Shown: piece after piece, positions 25,012 to 38,900 of the stretch
Numbering within the stretch: the first letter of the stretch is position 1
Layout: each line of letters starts with the position of its first letter
NCBI GenBank assembly: GCA_012719955.1
Contig: JAAXZI010000091.1
Location: 11,293 to 75,292 of the forward strand
Length of the DNA: 64,000 bases
Reading direction: 5' to 3'
DNA from: Phycisphaerae bacterium
Lineage (GTDB): Bacteria; Planctomycetota; Phycisphaerae; UBA1845; PWPN01
Program-made: the position numbers and the translations under genes
The notes under the pieces: model-generated
Databases searched by the model: none
What the model was told of the DNA's origin: nothing
What the model saw: the letters and a program-made list of their open reading frames with translations, nothing else

Positions 25012-26967
25012 ATGAGGTTTCTCCCAAGTATTCACCACCCATCCGACCTGCGGAAGCTGACCGTCGAGCAGCTCCAGGAACTGGCCGGCGAGATTCGCCA
25101 GCGGATTCTGGAAGTGGTCGGAAAGAACGGCGGCCACCTGGCCAGCAATCTGGGCGTCATCGAGCTGACGCTGGCGCTGCACTACTGCTTCGACTTCGAA
25201 CACGACCGGCTGATCTGGGATGTGGGGCATCAGTGCTATCCCCACAAGTTGATCACCGGGCGCAACGCGAATTTTGAAAGTCTGCGCAAGGCCGGGGGTA
25301 TCAGCGGCTTCCCCGACCCCGCCGAGAGCCCCTTCGATTTGTTTTCCGTCGGGCACGCCGGCACGTCCATCGCGACGGCGCTGGGGCTGGCCCGCGCCGA
25401 TCAGCTTCTCGGGCGCGACACGCGCGTGGTGGCGTTCGTGGGCGACGCCAGCATCGTGAACGGACTGGCCTTCGAGGGTCTCAACCTGGCCGGTCTGCTG
25501 GATCGGCAGTTCCTGGTGGTGCTCAATGACAACAACTGGGGCATCGCCCCGACCCAGGGGGCCATGGCCGAGTACCTCGCCAAGTTCCGTACCAGCTACC
25601 TCTACGAAGAGGTGAAGCAGCGGGCCAAGCAGGTGCTGCCCCGTCTGCCCCTGGGGCAGTCGGTGGCCGACGCACTCAGTTCCATCAAGGAAGGCATCAA
25701 GGCCACCTTCTCCCCCCACCAGATCTTTGAGCAACTCGGCTTCATGTATGTCGGGCCGGTGGATGGGCACGACGTCGGCTACCTCATCGAGTTGCTCAGC
25801 AAGCTGCGGAACGTCCGCCATCCCGTGCTGTTGCACGTGCACACCGTCAAGGGCCACGGTTCCGACTTCGCCTGCAAGGAACCGGGGCGCTTTCACTCGC
25901 CCAACGCCTTCGAGGTGAACGCAGGCAAGGTGACCATCCACAAGGGTTCCGGCAAGAGCTGGACGGCGGCGTTCTCTGACGCGTTGATCGAGGTAACCAG
26001 GAGCGAGCCGCGCGTATTCGCTTTCACCGCGGGCATGCCCGACGGAACGGGGCTGGACAAGTTTGCGAAGGTCTTTCCCCGGCAGTGTCTCGACGTCGGG
26101 ATTGCGGAAAGCGCCGCGGTGGATATCGCCGCGGGCATGGCCAGGGCGGGCTTGCGGCCGGTAGTGGCAATTTACTCTACATTCCTCCAGCGGGCTTTCG
26201 ATCAGGCCTTCCAGGAGGTCGCGCTGCAGGGCCTGCCGGTCGTGTTCTGCATGGACCGGGCGGGACTGGTGGGCGGCGACGGCGCGGTGCATCACGGGTT
26301 CCTGGACATCGCCTATCTGCGCGGCCTGCCCGGAATGACATTGCTGGCCCCGGCTGACGAAAACGAACTCTTGGCCGCGTTGCGTTTTGCCCTGCGGCAC
26401 TCATCGGCCTGCGCGATCCGCTATCCGCGAGACAACGTGCCCGAGTCCATGGGCGACGCTCCGCCGTTCGAGCTGGGCCGATCACGCCTGATGCGCGACG
26501 GCCGCGACGCGACCATCCTGGCTTACGGTGCGACGGTCAGCCATGCGCTGGACGCCGCGGAGTTGCTGGCCACGGACAACATTTTCGTGCGCGTGGTCAA
26601 CGCCCGCTTCGCGAAGCCCATCGACAGCGAGATGGTGGCAACCGCGCTGGCGGCGGATCATCCCGTGATCACGGTCGAGGATCACTCAATCACCGGCGGG
26701 TTCGGTTCTGCGGTGCTGGAGACCGCCCAGGAGCTGGGCCTGCCTACCGAGCGCGTGGTTCGCCTGGGCATGCCTGCCGACCGCTTCATCCGCCAGGGGA
26801 CCCGGGCCAGCCAGTTGGCCGAGTGCGGCATTGACGCGGCCGGCATCGCGGCGGCGGTGCAGGAGCAACTGATCAAGGCCGGCCGGCGGCAGCACAAACG
26901 CGCCGCGGACCTCGCCCAGCAACCCGCCGGTGCGGAACACTCGACGGCTCCCGTATCGGATCGCTAA
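25012..26967 (+). CDS. dxs: 1-deoxy-D-xylulose-5-phosphate synthase
   Basis: Contains GGHLASNLGVIELTLALH, DVGHQCYPHKLITGR and GDASIVNGLAFEGLN. Length is about 650 aa. Confidence 0.92.
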   Translation: MRFLPSIHHPSDLRKLTVEQLQELAGEIRQRILEVVGKNGGHLASNLGVIELTLALHYCFDFEHDRLIWDVGHQCYPHKLITGRNANFESLRKAGGISGFPDPAESPFDLFSVGHAGTSIATALGLARADQLLGRDTRVVAFVGDASIVNGLAFEGLNLAGLLDRQFLVVLNDNNWGIAPTQGAMAEYLAKFRTSYLYEEVKQRAKQVLPRLPLGQSVADALSSIKEGIKATFSPHQIFEQLGFMYVGPVDGHDVGYLIELLSKLRNVRHPVLLHVHTVKGHGSDFACKEPGRFHSPNAFEVNAGKVTIHKGSGKSWTAAFSDALIEVTRSEPRVFAFTAGMPDGTGLDKFAKVFPRQCLDVGIAESAAVDIAAGMARAGLRPVVAIYSTFLQRAFDQAFQEVALQGLPVVFCMDRAGLVGGDGAVHHGFLDIAYLRGLPGMTLLAPADENELLAALRFALRHSSACAIRYPRDNVPESMGDAPPFELGRSRLMRDGRDATILAYGATVSHALDAAELLATDNIFVRVVNARFAKPIDSEMVATALAADHPVITVEDHSITGGFGSAVLETAQELGLPTERVVRLGMPADRFIRQGTRASQLAECGIDAAGIAAAVQEQLIKAGRRQHKRAADLAQQPAGAEHSTAPVSDR

Positions 26968-26993
26968 CGCTGTTTCCACTACAGCAATTTCCT

Positions 26994-27108
26994 ATCGGAT
27001 CAGGCGGGCAAGATGCCGGTCCAAAAGAAGAGCCCGTCGGCGTTGCCGGGGAGCGGGTATCCTGCTCCCCTCATGGGCCGAAGCGCGAGACTCCCGGACC
27101 GTAAAGGG
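26994..27108 (+). repeat. Family B composite repeat
   Basis: Contains GGATCAGGCGGGCAAGATGCC, GGGGAGCGGGTATCCTGCTCCCC and GAAGCGCGAGACTCCCGGACCGTAAAGGG. The last is the reverse complement of a module at 18121-18150. The element fills the gap between convergent dxs and hemL. Confidence 0.8.
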
Positions 27109-27110
27109 AA

Positions 27111-28424
<1,314 letters not shown>

Positions 28425-28809
28425 GGCGGTTCGCACGATCATAGCACATTGGCGCGGCTGACACTAGTGTCTCTTTCCGCCGAGGAGTTTCATGCTTCGG
28501 CCCATGAGGGCGGCACAACGCCCGGCCCCCCGGCAGCGGCGGCCGGCTCTTCCGGGCGACGAGAAATCCTGGTGGTCCGCATCGGGCACAAAACGGGCGT
28601 GGCGGACACGGCCCTAGTGAGTCCAGCCGTCGTCGCCCCCTAGTTTTTGTGGCTGGTATTTCCACGGGCCACTGGTACAATCCGCCCTGCACGGAGGCGC
28701 CGCGGCATGTCCTGCCGTCAATCCCGACTTGGCGGGGATTAACCGGCTTTTACCCACGGGTGGCCAATCTGGATGGTAACCGTGTGGTGCAGGGAACCTG
28801 AGAGAGTGT

Positions 28810-30141
28810 ATGAGCGGCGTCAGCGAGCGGACTTGGAGCGATGTACTCGTCCAGATGCGCGCGGGACACCCGGAGCTTTTCCGGCCGTGGTTCAGTGCTT
28901 TGGAACCGCTGGGTATGCAGAGTGGCGTGATCCAGGTCGCCACCGACAGCCCCTCACACCATCGGTATCTGACCCAGCAATGCCAGCGAGCCTTCAGCCA
29001 GGCGGCCCAGGCGGTCACCGGGCGATTAATCACCGTTGAATTTGTTCCGCCGGCCACTCCCCAGCTCGACGAAGCCCCCCTCTCGTTCGAGACGGAAGAG
29101 CTCCGCCTGAACGAATCCTATACCTTTGAGAATTTCGTGACCGGCCCCTGCAACCGGCTGGCACACGCGGCCTGCTTCGCCGCCGCCGAAGCCCCCGGGC
29201 GGACGTACAACCCCCTGTTTGTCCACGGGGCTGTGGGTCTGGGTAAGACGCACCTGTTGCAGGCGGTTTGCCATCACATTCTCCAGAACAACCCCCAGGC
29301 TCGGGTGCTGTATATTTCCTGCGAGACGTTCACCAACCATTTCGTCGAGGCCATCGAACGCGGGGCCCTGCACCAGTTCCGCTACCTGTATCGCCACGTG
29401 GACGCCCTGGTCATTGATGACATCCAATTCCTGGGCACCAAGGAGCGCACGCGGGAAGAATTTTTCCACACGTTCAACACACTCTATCAAGCCCAGAAAC
29501 AGATTGTGCTCTCGGCGGATGAGGCCCCCAACGTTATCCCCAGCTTGGAGGATCGGCTGGTCAGCCGCTTTAACTGGGGCTTGGTGACGCGCATCGACCC
29601 CCCCGGCCTGGAGACGCGGATGGCCATCCTCAGCAAGAAAGCCAAGCTGCGCTGCATGTCGGTACCCGACGACGTGATCCACTACCTGGCTACCATTGTC
29701 GAATCCAACACGCGGGAGCTGGAGGGCTCGCTGACCAAACTGGCCGCCTTCAGCCAGCAGTACGGCGGCATCATCAACCTGGAGATTGCCCACCAGGCCT
29801 TCGGTGACGCGGTCCAGACGCCGGCCCGCAAGATCTCCATCCCTGACATTGTGCAGGCGGTTGTGGAGCGGTTCGGTGTCCGCTCGGCCGATCTGCTGGG
29901 CAAGCGCCGCAACCGGTCGGTCGCCTTTCCCCGGCAGGTGTGCATGTACCTGGCCCGCGAGCTGACCACGCTGAGTCTGGAGGAGATCGGCGGGTATTTC
30001 GGTGGGCGCGATCATACAACAGTGTTGCACGCCATTCGCACCATCCAGAATCAACGCAACCAGGATCCAGAACTGGAATTGATGCTCCGCGGCTTGATCG
30101 GGGCGCTACGCAAACAGAGCGTCTACGAGAACCGCCCGTAA
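28810..30141 (+). CDS. dnaA: Chromosomal replication initiator protein DnaA
   Basis: AAA+ Walker A GAVGLGKTHL, the box VII region, and the C-terminal DNA-binding helix GGRDHTTVLHA. Confidence 0.95.
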   Translation: MSGVSERTWSDVLVQMRAGHPELFRPWFSALEPLGMQSGVIQVATDSPSHHRYLTQQCQRAFSQAAQAVTGRLITVEFVPPATPQLDEAPLSFETEELRLNESYTFENFVTGPCNRLAHAACFAAAEAPGRTYNPLFVHGAVGLGKTHLLQAVCHHILQNNPQARVLYISCETFTNHFVEAIERGALHQFRYLYRHVDALVIDDIQFLGTKERTREEFFHTFNTLYQAQKQIVLSADEAPNVIPSLEDRLVSRFNWGLVTRIDPPGLETRMAILSKKAKLRCMSVPDDVIHYLATIVESNTRELEGSLTKLAAFSQQYGGIINLEIAHQAFGDAVQTPARKISIPDIVQAVVERFGVRSADLLGKRRNRSVAFPRQVCMYLARELTTLSLEEIGGYFGGRDHTTVLHAIRTIQNQRNQDPELELMLRGLIGALRKQSVYENRP

Positions 30142-30162
30142 CCAACAGATGAGCTCCCGGCA

Positions 30163-30171
30163 GGTGGATAA
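30163..30171 (-). promoter_or_regulatory. Candidate DnaA box (TTATCCACC, one mismatch to TTATCCACA)
   Basis: The plus strand reads ggtggataa, 22 nt after the dnaA stop. It is the only near-consensus box I could find in the dnaA flanks. Confidence 0.35.
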
Positions 30172-30462
30172 CCTGTGACATTCGGGGTATATTGGCACAC
30201 GCTTTGACGCCGGGCCCGGAGAGCCCGGAAACGGCTGTCGGCAGCCTGGCAGGAAGTCCAGGATTACCAACAGGTTACCCACTGCCCCAGCCACTGGCAA
30301 ACGCACCGCAACCCCCGTATAATAAGCGGCTTAGGAGTGGGCTCGGCGGTGAAGCCACACAAGTCACAGGACCTGTTTATTCCATCAGGTTCTTAAGGTC
30401 GAAGAAAGATGACCTGTGCCATGTGACATACCCCCGATCGATCCTGGAAGGAGCCTGGCAGC

Positions 30463-31560
30463 ATGCAAGTGATCGTGAATCGCGCCGCCTTGATGGAGGT
30501 CCTGAATGCGGCCTCAGGCGTGGTAGCCAGCCGGACTACCAAAGACATTCTCAAATGCGTTCGACTGACCACCGTCGACAATGGAATGCTGGTTAGCGCC
30601 ACGGATCTGGAAGTGGCCCTGCGCGTTCATGTGCACCAGGTCGAGGTCAAGAAGCCAGGCGACATTCTGATTGCCGCCGACAAGCTCGGCTCCATCGTCC
30701 GCGAGAGCACCGATGAGACACTGACGCTGGAAGGCGATACCCAGAGCTGTCATATCCGCGGTCAGGACAGCCATTTCGAGATCTACGGGCAGGATCCGAG
30801 GGAGTTTCCCCCGGTACCGGAGCTGGAAGGCACCCCCGACCTCGAGATCGAAGTTGAGAACTTGAAGACCCTGATCGACCGGACGCTCTTTGCGGTGGCC
30901 AAGGAGAACACCCGCTACGCCATCAACGGCGTGCTCTGGGAGAAGAAAGGCAAAAAGCTGGCCCTGGTGGCGACGGATGGGCGTCGCCTGGCCCGATCGG
31001 TGGGTTCGGCTGAGCAGTCGGTGGGCGAGGACAACAGCATGATTGTCCCGGCCAAGACGGTGCAGGTCATTCAAAAGGTTTTGCCCAACACTGAAGGCAC
31101 GGTGGGCATCCGCTTTTCAAGCAACCTGGTGATCGTGCGGGCCGGCGACTATGTGATCAGCTCCGCCCTGGTGGAAGGGCGCTTTCCGCAGTACGAGGAA
31201 GTGATTCCCAAGGACTGCGACCACAAGATCGAGTTGAGCACCGAAGAATTCCTCAGCGCGGTTCGCCGGGCCTCGTTGCTGACCAACGAGCAATCCAAGG
31301 CCGTGCGTCTGGCGTTCGGGAAGGAAAAGCTGGTGCTTTCCAGCCGCGCTCCCGAGCAAGGCGAAGCGACGGTCTCGATGCGGGTGGAGTACAACGAAGA
31401 GCCGCTGGAGATCGGCTTCAATCCGGTTTTCCTGACCGACGCCCTGCGCGTGGCGGGCACGCCGACCGTCACGATGGAGCTCAAAGAGGCCAGCCAGCCG
31501 GGCGTCTTCCGGGCAGGGGCAGGTTTCCTCTATGTGGTGATGCCGGTGAACCTGTCGTAA
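30463..31560 (+). CDS. dnaN: DNA polymerase III beta sliding clamp
   Basis: 365 aa, positioned directly after dnaA, with GGAAGGAG upstream. N-terminus MQVIVNRAALMEVLNAASGVVASRTTKDILKCVRL is typical of DnaN. Confidence 0.92.
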   Translation: MQVIVNRAALMEVLNAASGVVASRTTKDILKCVRLTTVDNGMLVSATDLEVALRVHVHQVEVKKPGDILIAADKLGSIVRESTDETLTLEGDTQSCHIRGQDSHFEIYGQDPREFPPVPELEGTPDLEIEVENLKTLIDRTLFAVAKENTRYAINGVLWEKKGKKLALVATDGRRLARSVGSAEQSVGEDNSMIVPAKTVQVIQKVLPNTEGTVGIRFSSNLVIVRAGDYVISSALVEGRFPQYEEVIPKDCDHKIELSTEEFLSAVRRASLLTNEQSKAVRLAFGKEKLVLSSRAPEQGEATVSMRVEYNEEPLEIGFNPVFLTDALRVAGTPTVTMELKEASQPGVFRAGAGFLYVVMPVNLS

Positions 31561-31677
31561 GCCGTGGACCCGGGACGTGCAGCGCACGGCCGCGCCGGCC
31601 GGGTGAAAGGGACCTGCGGCGTTGAACTGCCCGCGTGATTGCTCCCGGCAGGACTTACCGCGCGGGAGGAATGGATA

Positions 31678-34685
<3,008 letters not shown>

Positions 34686-34717
34686 CAAGCTGCTGATCGT
34701 TTGAGTCTTCGCGCCCG

Positions 34718-34736
34718 CCACCTCTGGAAGAGGTGG
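34718..34736. terminator. Family C hairpin CCACCTCT-GGAA-GAGGTGG between convergent genes (terminator-like)
   Basis: Perfect 8-bp stem with a GGAA loop, 33 nt after the gyrB stop and 97 nt from the ugd stop. No clear U-tract follows. Confidence 0.45.
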
Positions 34737-34832
34737 AGCACCCACGCTTTGTGCTGTCATCTTGGGAGACCCTGTGCGAAGGGGCACCCGGGGCTGCGGG
34801 AGAGGTGCTTACCCTCTCGAATGCAGACCGCC

Positions 34833-36179
34833 CTACCCGTCGTTGCGCGCCATGTCCTTTTCGCCGGCCGGCGTCACCGGCGGACGGCCGATGGAGTAGT
34901 ATTCGAAGCGCCGGTTGCGCATGGCCTCCAGCGAGTAGAGATTGCGCCCGTCGAAGATCACCGGTCGTTTGAGCCGCCGCTGCATCTCCGTAAAGTTCGG
35001 CGAGCGGAACTCGTTCCACTCGGTGACCACCACCAGGGCATCGGCCGAATCGAGGGCCTCATAGCTGGAGGTGTGATAGCTGATGCGGTTGCCGTAGCGG
35101 CGTTTCAGGTTGTCGAGGGCTTGCGGGTCGTGGGCCCGGATGGCGGCGCCGGCCTCCAGTAGCTTGTCGATGAGCACGACGGCGGGGGCCTCGCGGATGT
35201 CATCGGTTTTGGGCTTGAAGGCCACGCCCCAGACGGCGAAGGTCCGGCCGGCCAGCGACTCCCCGAAGCGCGCCACGATCTTGTGGAACAACGCCTCGCG
35301 CTGGCGCTGATTAACCCGGTCCACGCTGTCGATCAGCTCCGCCGGCACGCCTGCCCGCCGTGACACGAAGGCCAGGGCCTGCACGTCCTTCGGGAAGCAA
35401 CTCCCGCCGTAGCCGGCGCCGGGATAGAGGAACTGGAAGCCGATGCGCGTGTCGGAACCCATACCGGTGCGCACCTCGTTGACATCGATCCCCAGGGCGT
35501 CACACACCGCCGCAACGTGATTGATGAAGCTGATACGCATGGCCAGGTAGCTGTTGGCGGCGTACTTGGTCATCTCCGCGGCCTTGCGGTGCATGATGTA
35601 GATGGGGCGCTGGTTACGCACGAAGGGCTCATGCAATTCGCGCAGCACGGCCGCTGCAGCGGCGTCCTCCGCGCCGATGACCACCCGGTCCGGGCGCAAA
35701 AAGTCGTCGACCGCGGTGCCTTCCTTAAGAAACTCGGGGACGTTGACCACGTTGACCCGATGCGGGGCCCGCCGGTTGATCCGCTCTTCCAGTTCATCGC
35801 CGGTCCCGACCGGGACGGTGCTCTTAATGACCACGATCTTCGGCGTGTCCACGTGCGTGGCGATGTCGTCGGCCACCGCGTACAGGGCGCTTAAGTCCGG
35901 CGCTCCGTCGGGTTTCGGGGGGGTCCCCACCGCGATGAAGATGACTTCGCCGTGCTGAACGGCCTCGCGGGCGTCGGTGCTGAATTGCAGGCGGCCGGCC
36001 GCGATGTTCAAACGCAGCAGCTCTTCCAGGCCCGGTTCATAAATAGGGCACTCCCCCCGGCGAAGGGCGGCGACCTTCTCACGGTCCGTATCATAACCGA
36101 CCACCTCGTTTCCGGTGTCGCTCAGGCACGCGCTGGTGACCAGCCCGACGTAGCCGGTCCCGATAATCGTGAGCTTCAT
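34833..36179 (-). CDS. ugd: UDP-glucose 6-dehydrogenase
   Basis: Contains MKLTIIGTGYVGLV, the catalytic Cys context GGSCFPKD, and a C-terminal UDP-binding domain. Confidence 0.9.
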   Translation of the reverse strand: MKLTIIGTGYVGLVTSACLSDTGNEVVGYDTDREKVAALRRGECPIYEPGLEELLRLNIAAGRLQFSTDAREAVQHGEVIFIAVGTPPKPDGAPDLSALYAVADDIATHVDTPKIVVIKSTVPVGTGDELEERINRRAPHRVNVVNVPEFLKEGTAVDDFLRPDRVVIGAEDAAAAAVLRELHEPFVRNQRPIYIMHRKAAEMTKYAANSYLAMRISFINHVAAVCDALGIDVNEVRTGMGSDTRIGFQFLYPGAGYGGSCFPKDVQALAFVSRRAGVPAELIDSVDRVNQRQREALFHKIVARFGESLAGRTFAVWGVAFKPKTDDIREAPAVVLIDKLLEAGAAIRAHDPQALDNLKRRYGNRISYHTSSYEALDSADALVVVTEWNEFRSPNFTEMQRRLKRPVIFDGRNLYSLEAMRNRRFEYYSIGRPPVTPAGEKDMARNDG

Positions 36180-36439
36180 GCAGTCATCTCCCACGGTAGG
36201 GTGTATTCACCACTCATTTATACTACTGGAAGGCCAGCCGTAACGCGAATTGCAGTCCTGATTCGCGGCCCCTTGGGCCGGCATGCAGGATTTACTTTTA
36301 TTTAACTTTATTTGGTATCAATCCTTTACATGGACAGCGGTGGCGTTAAAATGTTATCTTACAATGAAATCGCAAGCCATGCTGATCGCAGGACGGGTAG
36401 GTTCTCGGTCGCAGGCTTACGCATTGAGGAAGCAACGCA

Positions 36440-37042
36440 ATGGAACGCTCAGAGATTCGCATCCTGGTGGTAGACCCGGCCGAGGAGGTTCGCGGGTCGC
36501 TGGTCGACTTTCTGGGGCAGGCGGGCTTTAAGGCCGAGATGGCCAAGTCAGGTTTCGAGGCCCGCCATAAGGCTGCGCAGCATCATTACCACCTGCTTTT
36601 GATCGACTACGCCCTGCCGGATGAATCGGGCCTGGAGGTCATGGATCAGCTCTCTGCCGCCAAGGCGTGTCCGCCCGTGATCCTCATGACCGGCCAGCCT
36701 TCGGTGGAAATGGCCACTGCGGGCATGCAGCGGGGCGTCCGCAACTACCTCATCAAACCGATCGGCAAGGACGAGCTGGTCAACGCTGTTGAGACCGTGC
36801 TGGCCAACGACGGGCTGCTGATCAATGCCGATCATCAGTTTTTGCGCGAGCTGGGCTGGCGGCTCAAGCTCGCGCGCCAGCGGGCGAATCTGACCATGCG
36901 TCAACTGGGCAGCCGTATCAACATCAGCCAGGCCCAGATTTCCCAGATCGAGGCGGGCCTGAGCGCCCCTTCGCTGACCACCCTGTTTCGCCTGTCGCAG
37001 GCCCTGCGCGTCCGGCTCTCGGAGCTTCTGAAGGGCTTCTGA
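36440..37042 (+). CDS. Response regulator with receiver domain fused to an XRE-type HTH
   Basis: REC features are ILVVDP, LLLIDYALPDESG and LIKP. The C-terminal HTH_3-like segment is LARQRANLTMRQLGSRINISQAQISQIEAG. Confidence 0.8.
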   Translation: MERSEIRILVVDPAEEVRGSLVDFLGQAGFKAEMAKSGFEARHKAAQHHYHLLLIDYALPDESGLEVMDQLSAAKACPPVILMTGQPSVEMATAGMQRGVRNYLIKPIGKDELVNAVETVLANDGLLINADHQFLRELGWRLKLARQRANLTMRQLGSRINISQAQISQIEAGLSAPSLTTLFRLSQALRVRLSELLKGF

Positions 37043-37043
37043 T

Positions 37044-37919
37044 TCAGGGACGCAGGGACGGCCCTTGCCGACGCAGGACCGCGGTGAAATGACGCTGGAA
37101 GCCCTCCATCGCGGCCACGTCGGCCACTGCAAAGAGGGCGACAAGCGCCGCGCCGCACGGGGGAAAGTAGTTGGACCAGAGCCCCTTGGCCAGCCGCAGG
37201 CCGGCCACGATGACCCAGGGAACCACAGCTAGAAACCAGCTTACATCCGCGATGGGCACTGCCAGGATCGGGCCCTCGGTGGGCGTTTCCCCCCGGCCGC
37301 GCTGATAGGTCTCCAGTCGGGTGCGCATGTGCCCGAGCAGGCGGTGCATCGCGAACCAGTGCACGAAGGGCACGAGCAGCAGCACGGTCCACAGCGGCGG
37401 TCCCAGCCGGATCCGTCGCAGGGCCCGGTAGCCGAGAACGAGGGTGATGAGGAACAGCACGCCCGCGACAGGGAGCAGCACGCGGGTCAGCGCAGCCGGC
37501 AGGGTCCGGTGCGCAAGCACCAGCTCCGGCCAGGGCGCGAGGGTCAGACACAGGATGATCGCCGGCAGGCAGGCCAGCAGGGCCACGAGGGCGACGGGCT
37601 GGCGTGGCCCGCACGGGTCGGCCCCCGTATCCGCGTCGGAGTTTAAGGCTTCGGTCTGGGGGGCGGAGCCGCCGTCCGGCCGACCGCACAGCATGTTCAG
37701 GTCCACGGCCATCTGGACCGCCCACCAGATCATGAGGGCGTAATCCACGAGCAACACGATGGCCAGCACCACCAGCACCATGGGACGCTGCGCCTCACGC
37801 ATGACCCCCAGGGCCAGCAGCAGGAACACGCTCGCAAGTCGTGTAACCAGCAGGAATTCGAGCGTACCCTCGGGAAAGGAGCGGAACCATCGTTGGCGTT
37901 GGAGCAGGGTATCGTTCAT
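37044..37919 (-). CDS. Polytopic membrane protein, function unknown
   Basis: At least six hydrophobic helices. No motif was recognised. Confidence 0.5.
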   Translation of the reverse strand: MNDTLLQRQRWFRSFPEGTLEFLLVTRLASVFLLLALGVMREAQRPMVLVVLAIVLLVDYALMIWWAVQMAVDLNMLCGRPDGGSAPQTEALNSDADTGADPCGPRQPVALVALLACLPAIILCLTLAPWPELVLAHRTLPAALTRVLLPVAGVLFLITLVLGYRALRRIRLGPPLWTVLLLVPFVHWFAMHRLLGHMRTRLETYQRGRGETPTEGPILAVPIADVSWFLAVVPWVIVAGLRLAKGLWSNYFPPCGAALVALFAVADVAAMEGFQRHFTAVLRRQGPSLRP

Positions 37920-38108
37920 GATATCTATTGTCGTCAGGGATCGCTCCGCGGTAAAGGCGGGAACCGGGAGCGACTACCGGACAAGGGGCCGGTTCTTCCC
38001 CCGCCACCTCTCGCGCCGGCCGGTGGTCCGGCAGTGCGACACACCCCCCGCAACGAGCACGAATGGTACCGGCAGAGGCACAAGCCGCTACAATGCATCC
38101 GGTAGACT

Positions 38109-38861
38109 ATGCGTAACCAGGCATTTGACGACTTCTCGGACGCCTACGAGGCGATGATCGACTGGCCCAGGCGGCTGGCGCATGAAGAGGGCTTCTATCG
38201 ACGGTTGTTCGATGAGGTGCGCGCTCGCAGCGTACTGGATGTGGCCTGCGGGACGGGTCGGCACGCGGCGATGTTTCACTCCTGGGGCCTGACGGTCGAG
38301 GGGGCGGACATCAGTCCAGCCATGATCGAGCGCTGCCGGGAGCGGTTTGGCGAGTCGCAGACGCTTCGCTGGGTGGTGCGCGGGTTTGATCAGCCACATC
38401 CGGAGCCGGCTTCGTTCGACGTAGCGATCTGCGTGGGCAACTCCCTCGCGCTGGCCGGCGACGAGGCGGCGGTGGCCGCGGCCCTGCGGCAGATGCTCGC
38501 GGCCGTGCGACCGGGCGGCCGGGTGCTCATCCACGTGCTCAACCTGTGGCGACTGCCCGACGGGCCGGCCCAGTGGCAGAAATGCGTCCGCGCCTCTCTG
38601 CCCGAGGGTGAGAGCCTGATCGTCAAGGGCGTGCATCGCGCCGGCTCGACTGGATATGTGAACATGATCGTCGCGCGCCTGGACCTCTCCGAGCCGCGGA
38701 TGCGCACGGAATGCGTGCCGTTCGTGGGCTTGGAGGCGGCGGGGCTCGAAGCCATGCTGGGCTGCGCCGGGGCCACCCGGATTGAAACTTACGGCGCCTG
38801 GCACATGCAGCCCTACGACCGCGAGCAGAGCCCCGACCTAATCATGGTGGCGACAAACTAG
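38109..38861 (+). CDS. Class I SAM-dependent methyltransferase
   Basis: Motif I VLDVACGTGRH is followed by an acidic residue after beta-2 (GADIS). Confidence 0.8.
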   Translation: MRNQAFDDFSDAYEAMIDWPRRLAHEEGFYRRLFDEVRARSVLDVACGTGRHAAMFHSWGLTVEGADISPAMIERCRERFGESQTLRWVVRGFDQPHPEPASFDVAICVGNSLALAGDEAAVAAALRQMLAAVRPGGRVLIHVLNLWRLPDGPAQWQKCVRASLPEGESLIVKGVHRAGSTGYVNMIVARLDLSEPRMRTECVPFVGLEAAGLEAMLGCAGATRIETYGAWHMQPYDREQSPDLIMVATN

Positions 38862-38900
38862 CGCCCGTGTTCGTTGGAAAGTTCCAAACGCCTCCCGCTC

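Noticed and set aside
30142-30462. Calling the dnaA-dnaN spacer the definitive oriC.
   Set aside because: It has only one near-consensus DnaA box and no clear AT-rich unwinding element. The evidence is insufficient without skew analysis, so it is listed as a candidate only.
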